In this document: positions 11,085-20,116 of the stretch, piece after piece
How the letters are laid out: the number at the start of each line of letters is the position of its first letter
How positions within the stretch are numbered: the stretch's first letter is position 1
DNA from: an uncultured delta proteobacterium
Lineage (GTDB): Bacteria; Desulfobacterota; Binatia; Binatales; Binataceae
Reading direction: 5' to 3'
DNA length: 64,000 nt
Assembly: GCA_963711565.1 (NCBI GenBank)
Contig: CAVQEQ010000004.1
Span: 768,001 to 832,000, forward strand
Notes under the pieces: model-generated
The model's input: only the letters and a program-made list of their open reading frames with translations
The model's database searches: none
What the model was told of the DNA's origin: nothing
Translations under genes and position numbers: made by a program

Positions 11085-14000
11085 CTAAGTGTCCAACCCC
11101 TTCCAAGGTCCCAGCCCAACGACGGTCTCCCGATCGAGAAACGTTCTATCGAGCTTCTGTTCCCGCTTCTCCATCGCGCGGCGTAGTTCCGATCGGTTGA
11201 GACGAATGTGGTTGAGCTTCAGCTGATATAACTTGCTGCCGTCATTAGATTTCCGTGCTTCTTCGTCCATCCAGATCCACGCTCGTCGATCCGCTGAGCG
11301 GACAAACAAGATCCAGGCTGCATAGGCTTGACTGACGTTTTGCGCAGACCAAAATGCGCGCCACCAGTGATGTGCCGACGCTTCACGGAACCTGAACCGC
11401 GCTGAGTGCCATCTTAGTTGCTCGTGCGCGGTCTCTACCGGTCCTTGAGCCCAAGCATCTCCGATCGGCAGCGTATTGTTTGCTCTGAATCCTTGGAGAA
11501 CGCGACCACGCATTCTCCGCCAGGCAAGAGAGGACGCGAGATCCTCGGCAATAGTACTCGCCAGCCACTCACCCTTGTGGTTGTACTCAGCTGCGAGAGC
11601 CACGTTGAAGAGCGCTTGATCGGTGTGACAAAGAGGTGGGCTAACAAGCTCGATGCGAAGATCATTCACCGGTGACGAGTCTTGTACTCGAAAAGGAAGG
11701 TGCATGCTCTCTTTAATTTGCGCTCCGCCAACAAATCGCGTGTTCAATGTGGCTCGGAGGCTTCGCCAAAGCGCAGCGCCACGGGGCGGGTCTTGCTTTA
11801 GGAGAGCTTCGCAGAGTGCCAGGTACGCGCCCTCTGCCAAGTGGACGCGCCGCGCGAAGTCGGAGCTCATCTCGCCAGATTCGGCGAGCCAGTCATCTAC
11901 TAAGTCGGGTGCATGGCGCAGGACCGGCTCGAAGTCTTCAGCGTCCATGCTAGCGAGGTAGAGGCTTGCTCCGGCGCGTCGAGCCTCGCGCCAACGCTCA
12001 GCGGCAACTTCCACTGCGCGCTGGTGGACTTTCTCCTGCGCCTCGAAATCGAAAGCTGTCCGAAACGCGACGGCCGGGTCCTCATCCTCCTTAGATTTTC
12101 TGGCCGCAACAGAGAATAAGAAGCCCGCAGACTTCTCCGGCGTTTGGTAGACCGAGAGGTCTGAACCCGGATCAGGCGACTCTATCCCTTCCGCCGCAAT
12201 GACTTTGCTGAAGACCCGAGCGGCGAAGCGGACTTCGGCGGGGTCGCACCCGCGCCGCCGCGCCGCTTCCAACAACCGCCAGGGCGCCAAACGAGCTGCC
12301 AATTGCTCGAGTGGCAATTCTGTCGCGCCTGCGATTAACGCCTCGGTTCCGTAATCGTTAACGAAGTAGTCCTTCTCAGCGGACCATGACCAGTCACGGG
12401 TCAGGAGTTCATGTCCGAAGCGCTTGGCGTTCGCGTTCGTCAGCGCGATGAAGGCAAAGCTTTGCAATTCCGCCTGCAGTCCGAAGGCAATTTCCGTGAG
12501 CCACTGCCACGCTGTTTCGCCGAAAGCGATCTTGTCCACTCCGAGCAGGGTTAGCAGAGTCCGCTGCTGCGGGCCGGGGGTCTTCCCGAATCGGCCGATC
12601 AGGTCGTCGGCATCATCGCCGCTCAGAGGACCGAGGATGTCGCCAAGGTCGGTGAGAATATATGGAAGCCCAGCAGTGACAATGGCTTCGACCTGCTGAC
12701 GACTTTCGAGATCGAGGATCTCTAAAACGAGCAAGTTGTGTGTGGCGTAGTACTCTTCGCCGTCCGTTTTCTCGCGACCGTTGAGTCGCAGTGAACGCGC
12801 CGCCTTAGCCTCCTCATCTCCGGCCAGGACCAGAGCGTGGATCGCACTAAGAGCGCACCAATAGCGAGACTCGGCAGGAGATCCTGCCATGCTTCGGATC
12901 TTTCGACGCGTAAGATCAGCGAGTACATCAGGCGCGCAGCGCGCCAGAACAGGCTCAAGCAACTCGAAGTGATGGTCCTCAACAGTGTCGCCACGGTGTC
13001 TATGAAGCTTTTCTACATCGATTATACCTGCAGCAGCTCGTACCTCCTCGATGAACGTTGCAGGTGGATTGAAGGTCGGATCGAGCCAAAATTCGGAGCA
13101 GCAATCCGCACGGCGCAGGAGCAGAAGCGACGTATCGGACAGCACAGCCTCGGCGTGGCGCCACTCCAATGCGAATAAGCTCCGCCCCGGATCCGCTAGG
13201 TAATCCTTCTCGTAAGTGAAGGAACGGTCTAGCAGCGGGTTTAGTTCCGCGGCGGCGGTTTCGTCGTCTTCCTGACCCGTTAGAAGAAGCAACAACGTCG
13301 CAGCACGAGCTGGCAAACTTGAATTGACGCCTGCCTCCGGCAACCGGTTTTTGATTTCAAGTGATTTCGCCCGCAACCCGGCAGCGGTCCGGTCCGGATC
13401 CATTTCGTTCAGAAGAGACAACCACTTCAGACCTTCCCAACCCTCGTGGCGTATATCGACGGTGCGCGCGATTGCCGCTGCTTCAAACACCGGCACCGCG
13501 CCTTCGAGCGGAAACCCTTCCAATATCGATGCCGCGGTCGAGGCTAGAGTTCCCTCGTCGCGGTCTACGAGCAGTAACTGATGCCCCAACACTTGAAGCG
13601 GTCCAGAAGCGTCTATACCGATGCGAGCGAGGAATCGTTGCGATCGGTTCCTTTCTACGTCGGCGTTCGTTGCTCGGATTTCAACGCCTCGGGACACTAC
13701 GCAATTCCACGCGCGAACCCTTGCGACAATCGCAGAGAATGCCGATAAATCGCCTCGATCGATATTTCGAAGAGCGTTCACAGCCCAGAGGCGCGCGGAG
13801 GCGTGCGTTCGGTCACTGGACTGCTCGACAGCGTCCAATAGCGCTTCGACGAGACTAGCTGCGAGACTGGCGAGTTCACGTCGATGCGCGTCGCTGACAT
13901 TTTGCGTCTGCAACCAGGCCGTAACCAGAACGCCCCCGACCGTCGAACCGGTGGCCAGGCGCTCGACGTAAATGGATACCGCAGCACGAAGAATCTCCGC

Positions 14001-15749
14001 TCGTTGGTCCAAGCCTGCAATCGGATCGAGCCACTGATTGAGTTCGACGCTGACTTTTTCAGATGTCTTCGGCGCCACGGTGTCGAGCGAGTTGAGCAGG
14101 GCGGCGCCCAATGCGTGCGCGACCACCGTCGCCGTAAGTTGAAAACCGGTTGCAGCATCGCCGGTTGTAAACTGCCCGTCGATAATGTCGCTTAGGCGAG
14201 CATCGACCTCGCGCTCTGTTAGGTCCGGTCGATCCGCAGTCTCGCCGAGGGTTTTAAGCGAGAAGCCTTGAATTCCTGCTCGATACTTGCTGGCGATTTC
14301 CTTCAGCCAGGCACGCCACTCGTTCTCACTGAAGGATTGTCCGGCACGAACGCCGAACGTATCGCGGCCGTACTCCCAAAGGAGCCGATGGACCGTCACC
14401 CGTCCGGCTTCAACGAGTCGCTCCCTGAGTCGAACCACCAGCCGGAACAACCTTGGGTTCTGCGCGAATGGAACGAGATCTTGATGCAGCTCGCCGCGTC
14501 TGAGCCCCTCAAACTCTAACATCTGGTCAAGCTCGCCACCCGCTGACAGATCGTAGACATCGACCGGGGCGACCAAAGCGGGGACAACCAATCCGCGAAG
14601 CCTCGCCAGCTTGGTCTCGAAGAACAAAGTACGAGCGCTAACTACGACCCGAACAATGCCCGCAAAAGGCTCACTCTGAAGGACCTTGAGCAGGGAGAGC
14701 CAAGGGACAGAAGGTTCTTGGTTCAAGCCATCGAAGAATACAACCAGCACTGGTCCCTCATCGAAGGGACTCTTAAGCAAATTGTCCAGCCGACGCAGCC
14801 AGTGCTCCCGATCGCGAACGCCTGCAAGCTCGTATAGTCGATCGGCGAGAAAGCGTTTAACGGCCATCTCGGAGGCGCCGCCTAGTTCCGGCGCTGCGGA
14901 CGATGGAATCACCATGATGATTGGCAGGTCCGCCTTTCTATCAACCAGCCAGTCCAGCGTCGCCCAGGTTTTACCGACCCCGTCCAAGCCGACAACCGCG
15001 AGTGGGGCGTCTTCGTGACCACCGCCGCTCCACCAATTCTGGATCGTTTCGAAGACGCCCTTGCGGCGAATGCGATGCGCTTGCGCTCCGCCGGCAGCGT
15101 CTTGGCCCAAAGCGGCCTGGGACGCGCGTCGCGAATTCCAGATTTGTTCCAGTTCATTGACCGACTGAGCGCGAAGGGACTCAAAGCCGAGACTCCAGGC
15201 TTGGAGGTCCCGTTTAATCCGGTCGATGGCGTCGCCGCTGATGGATTGGAGCGCTTGTGCAAATGCACCGGCTTCCGGCGAGAAGCTGCTGGTCACCAGG
15301 TCTGGGGCGGAGGCGCAAAGTGCGGCGAGTTCAGCCAGCCCGTCGCCTTTCCAGTCGAGAATGATGACGGGGACACCGAGCGACTCGCCATGCTGATTCA
15401 GATCTTGCTCGATCTGTTCCGAGACTTCCCGTGTCGCGACGAGAACCCAGGCTTCGAGCGCCGGATCTCGCGCAAGGGCGTGATCAATCTCGCCCAGAAG
15501 TTCGCGATCGCTAAGCGAGGTGGTGTCTTTGTACTTCTTGCACTCGATTCGGAGCCGTCGCCCTTGTCTACCGGCCGGTCCGGCGTCGCCTCCATGCTGG
15601 AACCCCGACTTGGCGACTGGGACCGTGATGCCGAGCAGACGCCCCAGCAGCGCAGCGGCAAGGTTCTCGAGCTTGCATGCGCTTTTCTCATCCTGAAGCG
15701 CCGCCTTCAGTTTCGCTTGATTCTCTGAATCTGTGGCAGTGAAGGTCAT
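11085..15749 (-). CDS. Avs/NLR-like protein: N-terminal Mrr-like PD-(D/E)xK nuclease, STAND NTPase and long helical sensor region (about 1554 aa)
   Basis: GGD...IECKKY nuclease motif, Walker A GLDGVGKT, Walker B VVFFDGLNQ, sensor VVVSAR, NPRL; likely ATG at 15749, 10 nt after the hipA stop. Confidence 0.75.
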   Translation of the reverse strand: MTFTATDSENQAKLKAALQDEKSACKLENLAAALLGRLLGITVPVAKSGFQHGGDAGPAGRQGRRLRIECKKYKDTTSLSDRELLGEIDHALARDPALEAWVLVATREVSEQIEQDLNQHGESLGVPVIILDWKGDGLAELAALCASAPDLVTSSFSPEAGAFAQALQSISGDAIDRIKRDLQAWSLGFESLRAQSVNELEQIWNSRRASQAALGQDAAGGAQAHRIRRKGVFETIQNWWSGGGHEDAPLAVVGLDGVGKTWATLDWLVDRKADLPIIMVIPSSAAPELGGASEMAVKRFLADRLYELAGVRDREHWLRRLDNLLKSPFDEGPVLVVFFDGLNQEPSVPWLSLLKVLQSEPFAGIVRVVVSARTLFFETKLARLRGLVVPALVAPVDVYDLSAGGELDQMLEFEGLRRGELHQDLVPFAQNPRLFRLVVRLRERLVEAGRVTVHRLLWEYGRDTFGVRAGQSFSENEWRAWLKEIASKYRAGIQGFSLKTLGETADRPDLTEREVDARLSDIIDGQFTTGDAATGFQLTATVVAHALGAALLNSLDTVAPKTSEKVSVELNQWLDPIAGLDQRAEILRAAVSIYVERLATGSTVGGVLVTAWLQTQNVSDAHRRELASLAASLVEALLDAVEQSSDRTHASARLWAVNALRNIDRGDLSAFSAIVARVRAWNCVVSRGVEIRATNADVERNRSQRFLARIGIDASGPLQVLGHQLLLVDRDEGTLASTAASILEGFPLEGAVPVFEAAAIARTVDIRHEGWEGLKWLSLLNEMDPDRTAAGLRAKSLEIKNRLPEAGVNSSLPARAATLLLLLTGQEDDETAAAELNPLLDRSFTYEKDYLADPGRSLFALEWRHAEAVLSDTSLLLLRRADCCSEFWLDPTFNPPATFIEEVRAAAGIIDVEKLHRHRGDTVEDHHFELLEPVLARCAPDVLADLTRRKIRSMAGSPAESRYWCALSAIHALVLAGDEEAKAARSLRLNGREKTDGEEYYATHNLLVLEILDLESRQQVEAIVTAGLPYILTDLGDILGPLSGDDADDLIGRFGKTPGPQQRTLLTLLGVDKIAFGETAWQWLTEIAFGLQAELQSFAFIALTNANAKRFGHELLTRDWSWSAEKDYFVNDYGTEALIAGATELPLEQLAARLAPWRLLEAARRRGCDPAEVRFAARVFSKVIAAEGIESPDPGSDLSVYQTPEKSAGFLFSVAARKSKEDEDPAVAFRTAFDFEAQEKVHQRAVEVAAERWREARRAGASLYLASMDAEDFEPVLRHAPDLVDDWLAESGEMSSDFARRVHLAEGAYLALCEALLKQDPPRGAALWRSLRATLNTRFVGGAQIKESMHLPFRVQDSSPVNDLRIELVSPPLCHTDQALFNVALAAEYNHKGEWLASTIAEDLASSLAWRRMRGRVLQGFRANNTLPIGDAWAQGPVETAHEQLRWHSARFRFREASAHHWWRAFWSAQNVSQAYAAWILFVRSADRRAWIWMDEEARKSNDGSKLYQLKLNHIRLNRSELRRAMEKREQKLDRTFLDRETVVGLGPWKGLDT

Positions 15750-15759
15750 CGTCGTCGTG

Positions 15760-17025
15760 TTATACGATTCGTATCCTGCGCCCGCCGGCTTTTGGGAATC
15801 CGGCCACGACGCTTTCGGGCAGAAGCGCCGTCCTGAGAATCTCGATGTCTTTTTCCGAGACGCCGTTCCCGCGAAAGACAATCTCCCATCTCTGTACGCA
15901 ATTAAGTATCTCCCCGGCGATCTGCGTAGCGCGCGTCATTGCGAGGCCGAATCGAGCTATTTCGGAAAGGGCGTTCTTCAGGGTTGCTTCGCGGCTTTGA
16001 GAACTCACCCCGATTCCCTGCAGACGGGTGAACGATGTCTGTGGATGGGGAACTAGATCGTATGCGGGTGACAGCCTCCAACCAGATTTATCCAAGATGA
16101 CAGCGTGGTTCCGCAGATGATCGTCGTCGTTGCTGACGAGCATGTTGAAAATCATTCGACGGAACAGCTGTTCTCCATCCTGCCGGAAGTCTCGCACCAG
16201 TTTCCGAATGCTGTCTGCGAGTGTTGGATAGCTGCCTCTTGAAGCTTCGTCCTCGTGCAGCCCGAGTAGTGTGAGACCGCTCATGAAATGTTTCCGGGAA
16301 AATCCGTTTGGCGTCGCAGCGCGATCGAAGCGGCGCGTGAGCATCACCTTCCGTCTCGCGACCTCGATCAGCCTGATTTCGGGCGTTTCGATTCCGGACT
16401 GGGCCGCGAGCTTCAAGGTCGCGTACTCGATAGCCGCGATCTCGAGCCGATCTTTCGTTGAAGGGAACTTGGCGAGCCACAGCTCACCGTCCATATGAAT
16501 GGTCGCTTTGGGTCTTGCGCCACCCAGACTGGAGCCGTGCTTAAGCAGCATGACAACCGCCGGATCAACCGGTTGGCCCTCCTCGATTGCGGCGGCAGCG
16601 GATAGCAGCGTATCGAGGTCGGTTCTCTCGGGAGGAGGCTCGCGATTCGGCGGTGAGTCGGAACTTTCGGAAAAGCCTAGGGCGCCTGCGCGATCGTCGC
16701 CAGCCTCGATCAGATACGTTAGTTCAGATGCTTCTGTGACTCCGCTACGCTTTTCGATTACGCGCCGGCCCCAGTCATCGGGCGAGGCGTCTCGAATGGC
16801 GCCCAAGGTTCCGTACAGGTCTGAAGAGTCGAATCTCCTTGCTCGTTCCAGAGGCAGGCGTTCCGGATCTAATGGAACCGCCGTTCGGCGATTCAGATAA
16901 CTGGCGCCGTAGAGGAACGAATAAATCGTTCCCGCCGGATTGTCGTCGTAGTCAAAACGTCCGGCGACCACGGGCTCCGTTTGATTCGGGAGGTATACCC
17001 AAACGTAGGTGCTAGAAATCATCAC
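15760..17025 (-). CDS. hipA: HipA-family serine/threonine kinase toxin
   Basis: GSSLGGARPKA, WLAKF, RRFDR, NDDDHLRNH, LSPAYD; N-terminal coupled domain (DASPDDWGRRVI). Confidence 0.92.
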   Translation of the reverse strand: MMISSTYVWVYLPNQTEPVVAGRFDYDDNPAGTIYSFLYGASYLNRRTAVPLDPERLPLERARRFDSSDLYGTLGAIRDASPDDWGRRVIEKRSGVTEASELTYLIEAGDDRAGALGFSESSDSPPNREPPPERTDLDTLLSAAAAIEEGQPVDPAVVMLLKHGSSLGGARPKATIHMDGELWLAKFPSTKDRLEIAAIEYATLKLAAQSGIETPEIRLIEVARRKVMLTRRFDRAATPNGFSRKHFMSGLTLLGLHEDEASRGSYPTLADSIRKLVRDFRQDGEQLFRRMIFNMLVSNDDDHLRNHAVILDKSGWRLSPAYDLVPHPQTSFTRLQGIGVSSQSREATLKNALSEIARFGLAMTRATQIAGEILNCVQRWEIVFRGNGVSEKDIEILRTALLPESVVAGFPKAGGRRIRIV

Positions 17026-17356
17026 GCACCTCGCGCTTCGCTACTCTGACCGACTTCGGAAGGCGGCGGATCTCCAGTGCCTTGCCGAGCGTGTCGTCGT
17101 CTGGATGGGCCAGTCGGCGAAATTGTGGCAACATTCCGAGAGTCCAAAGCGCGGTCGCCCAGGTTCCGATGCTAATCCCGGGATCACCGGCCTCCATCCT
17201 ATGCAGCGTCAACGTCGCGACGAGAAGGCGCTTCGCGAAGTCGGCTTGAGTCTCGTGACGGCGCTTTCGAGCCGTCTTCAGATATTCGCCGAGCTGTTGG
17301 ACGGCGGTTCTCACGTCGCTGGGAAGTCCGGATTTTGAAAGTGATGCTTTCGCCAT
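17012..17356 (-). CDS. XRE/HTH antitoxin (HipB-like)
   Basis: LGEYLKTARKRR..TQADFAKRL....TLHRMEAGDPG HTH; overlaps the hipA start. Confidence 0.85.
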   Translation of the reverse strand: MAKASLSKSGLPSDVRTAVQQLGEYLKTARKRRHETQADFAKRLLVATLTLHRMEAGDPGISIGTWATALWTLGMLPQFRRLAHPDDDTLGKALEIRRLPKSVRVAKREVRDDF

Positions 17357-17644
17357 ACTATCAAAAACCTAGATAAATAGGAGCCATGAAGCGATTATCA
17401 TCTATATATCGGAGAAATTCAACAACGTCTTGATCGAAAACGTAATCGAGCCGACTATCGCGTTCCAGCCGTTGGAACGGCGCAGCCAATGTTCTAGATA
17501 CGATCGCTAGAATGCCAGCCGGGCCAGAATTCTCGCGGAGTCGTGCTGGCAACTGATTAAGCTCGGTAAAGGAATCACGGCTCGCCAAAGCTTGCGTTAA
17601 GCAATAAAGAAATGTAATTTCAAGCGGTTCTGGGGGTAGATTAC

Positions 17645-18477
17645 ATGCCGGTTTGTGGATGGCTGATTGATGCTGGTGGCCGCCAGTTTCCGCTCGACAA
17701 TGGTCAGCCAATTCATATAGGACGAGACGCCGCCAACACTGTACTTCTAAGCGACGTGTCCGTGTCCCGCGCGCACGCCGAAATTTTCTTTCAAAGTGGC
17801 ATGGCGCGCGTGAGGGATCTCGGCAGCGCTAATGGCACATTCGTGGACGGAACGGGTGTGACGGACTGCGCGCTTTACGACGGACAGAGTGTTCGGATTG
17901 GTTCGGTCGGGTTCACTTACCGAAGCGCGACGAACGCCCAACAGCGAACAATCCTTATCGGTGATCAGCGTACGGTGCCTGCAACGCTTCCCCGCTCCAT
18001 GGTGCAGCAGCTACCTGGAAGTTTTTGCCAAAGCTGTGGTTCGTCGAACAAGGCTGGGGCGTCCTTTTGCACGAAGTGCGGCTCTTCGCTTAGAGCCATA
18101 CGTCAGGCCGAGGTCCAAACCGCCTATCGAGGACCGCAGGTCCAGTACGTAGCGACTTCAAGTGTTAACGCCGGACTGGCGGCAGTCTTGTCGTTCTTCT
18201 GGTGCGGCCTTGGTCACATCTACGCTGGAAAGATCGGCAAGGGCTATTGTTGATGTTCCTTTATCCCTGTTTCATTGCGTTTGGATATCTGCTTGTACTC
18301 GGCGGAGTCGTCGCCGCGGGAGGCAGTGACTCCGATGGGGCGTATTTCTCATTAATCGGTCTTGTCTTTCTCGTTTGCGCGCCTATCGTCTGGGTCTACG
18401 GCATGGTCGATTCATACAATCTTGCCAAGCGCGCGTCAGTCGCAACTATTTCGCGGGTTCAAGTGACGCCATTTTGA
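17645..18477 (+). pseudogene. FHA, double zinc ribbon and TM2-like membrane protein, split by a one-base frameshift at about 18241-18243
   Basis: IGRD..SVSRAHA..DLGSANGT FHA; FCQSCG/FCTKCG; LAAVLSFFWCGLGHIYAGKIGKG continues as LLLMFLYP if one G is added to the GGG run. Confidence 0.75.
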
Positions 18478-18636
18478 ACCTCCTCTTGCAACCATGAAGT
18501 ATTGTTATTCGGCTGAATGCCTAACGCCCCGACTCTTACCAGCACTGATAATCAGATATCGATGTAACGACAAATCAGTGGCATTTCAAAGAACCCAGCC
18601 GGTCAAGAATCGCTAAGAATAGAAGGGGGAGCTCGA

Positions 18637-18963
18637 TTGTTACTTAAGCGGAAGGAAGCGATCGGGCCTTTAGTGCTCGCCGGCATTTTTTCTGACAAGC
18701 TCACACTCGCTCAGTTGCTTATCGCGCCCACAAGGGGCGCGCTGTGTCCGAGTACCACGAACAACGTCGGGGCTCGCCACTGCCGAGCCCAGGACTCTCG
18801 AGGCTATCTCGAAGCCACTGGCAGCTTATGTCTAGGCGGTACGCACGACGCCGGCGCTGGCTACTGTAAGGTTGAAGGCTCTCAGGTTTACGTCAGAGCC
18901 AACGGTTCCGTGTGCCCTAGCCGGACTCAAAACGTTGGAGCCGGTTACTGCCGAACGAATTAG
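18637..18963 (+). CDS. Small putatively secreted protein with three C-x5-(N/D)-(V/A)-G-A-x-x-C repeats
   Basis: CPSTTNNVGARHC, CLGGTHDAGAGYC, CPSRTQNVGAGYC; purine-rich RBS before the TTG; signal-peptide-like N-terminus. Confidence 0.6.
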   Translation: MLLKRKEAIGPLVLAGIFSDKLTLAQLLIAPTRGALCPSTTNNVGARHCRAQDSRGYLEATGSLCLGGTHDAGAGYCKVEGSQVYVRANGSVCPSRTQNVGAGYCRTN

Positions 18964-20058
18964 TTGAGACGCATCAAAGAGGAATATTCCGATGAGTTCC
19001 GCGCGACGATCTGGCTGGCTTCGAGCAATCATATGGCGATGAACGTTGACAAACACACATGGCTTACGGATGCTCAAGGCAAGTCTCTAGGGCTAAGAGT
19101 GGACGGGCTGACACGACTCGGGCGCGCAAGCGATAACGACATTGTTCTGGAAGATTCCACGGTTTCACAGCGCCACGCGGCGATTTCCTTCGATGATGGT
19201 CGCGCCTTTTTGCGAGATCTCGGAAGCTCCAATGGCACATTTATCGAGGGATCCAGGGTATCCGGCGGTCGCTTGACCAATGGTACCGTAATAAAACTTG
19301 GCCGCGTCGCACTCGTTTATCGAGAGAACGTGGGCGCCTATTCGGCCGCACCGTTTCTTTCCACATCTCCAGACCGAGCACGTTCACTGGCATCAGGAAG
19401 GACCGCACCGTCACAAGCAAATTTCTTTTCTGCAAAAACCGGAGCCATTCTCGGAGCCCTTTTTCTTCTAGGTTTAGTAGGAATGCTAGCTGGCCACGCT
19501 TTGTTTTCCCCATCAAGCTCGTCAGTTGGTTATTCGGGCGCAGGAACTCTAGTCGATAGCCAAAGCTACCGCCTACCAGACGCCAGCTCTGATTTCGTCG
19601 GTAGTTGGTGCGGATGGACACGCGTCGTCACCTGTGAGCCGGCAGATTCTTGTGACGAAGAACCCGTTCCGGAAAGCATGGGTTTCCAGAGCGACGCTGG
19701 AGGAGTCGTCATGCACTACATAATTCAGGCTAAGCCAGATACTGACATTCGAGACATCCAGGTGCATGCCATGGATTCGCGACATGTGCGCGTGAAATAC
19801 ATCGCAAGACGCACCGGTTCAACGGGTCTGGAAATCATCATCAACGCCCGTGACGAGTTTGTCTCGGTCAATCCGGAAGTCGTCCAGAATACGAGCACCG
19901 TAACATGGAATGTTAACGGGATCTCTGCCCGAAGCGAGGAAGATAGTACCGAGTTAAGAAAATGCACGGACGAGTTCCGGGCAGCTGAGCAGAAGTACGA
20001 GGAGGGGAAGAATATGGTCGATAAAGGGGAAGTCACAGGGCAGGTTCCGAGTAAGTAG
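18964..20058 (+). CDS. FHA-domain single-pass membrane protein (true start probably near 19032-19039)
   Basis: LGRASDN..TVSQRHA..DLGSSNGT; TM helix AILGALFLLGLVGMLAG; Cys-containing external domain. Confidence 0.8.
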   Translation: MRRIKEEYSDEFRATIWLASSNHMAMNVDKHTWLTDAQGKSLGLRVDGLTRLGRASDNDIVLEDSTVSQRHAAISFDDGRAFLRDLGSSNGTFIEGSRVSGGRLTNGTVIKLGRVALVYRENVGAYSAAPFLSTSPDRARSLASGRTAPSQANFFSAKTGAILGALFLLGLVGMLAGHALFSPSSSSVGYSGAGTLVDSQSYRLPDASSDFVGSWCGWTRVVTCEPADSCDEEPVPESMGFQSDAGGVVMHYIIQAKPDTDIRDIQVHAMDSRHVRVKYIARRTGSTGLEIIINARDEFVSVNPEVVQNTSTVTWNVNGISARSEEDSTELRKCTDEFRAAEQKYEEGKNMVDKGEVTGQVPSK

Positions 20059-20116
20059 TCGCTGCACAGAACGGGCGCGCGAACTTCCACAATAAGCGAA
20101 TCTTCAGGGAATTTCG

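Noticed and set aside
15750-15881. N-terminal 44-aa extension of the STAND ORF
   Set aside because: Overlaps the hipA 3' end; the ATG at 15749 just after the hipA stop is more plausible
17360-17376. TATC-N9-GATA as a HipB operator
   Set aside because: Only a 4-bp half-site in a single copy; too weak to call
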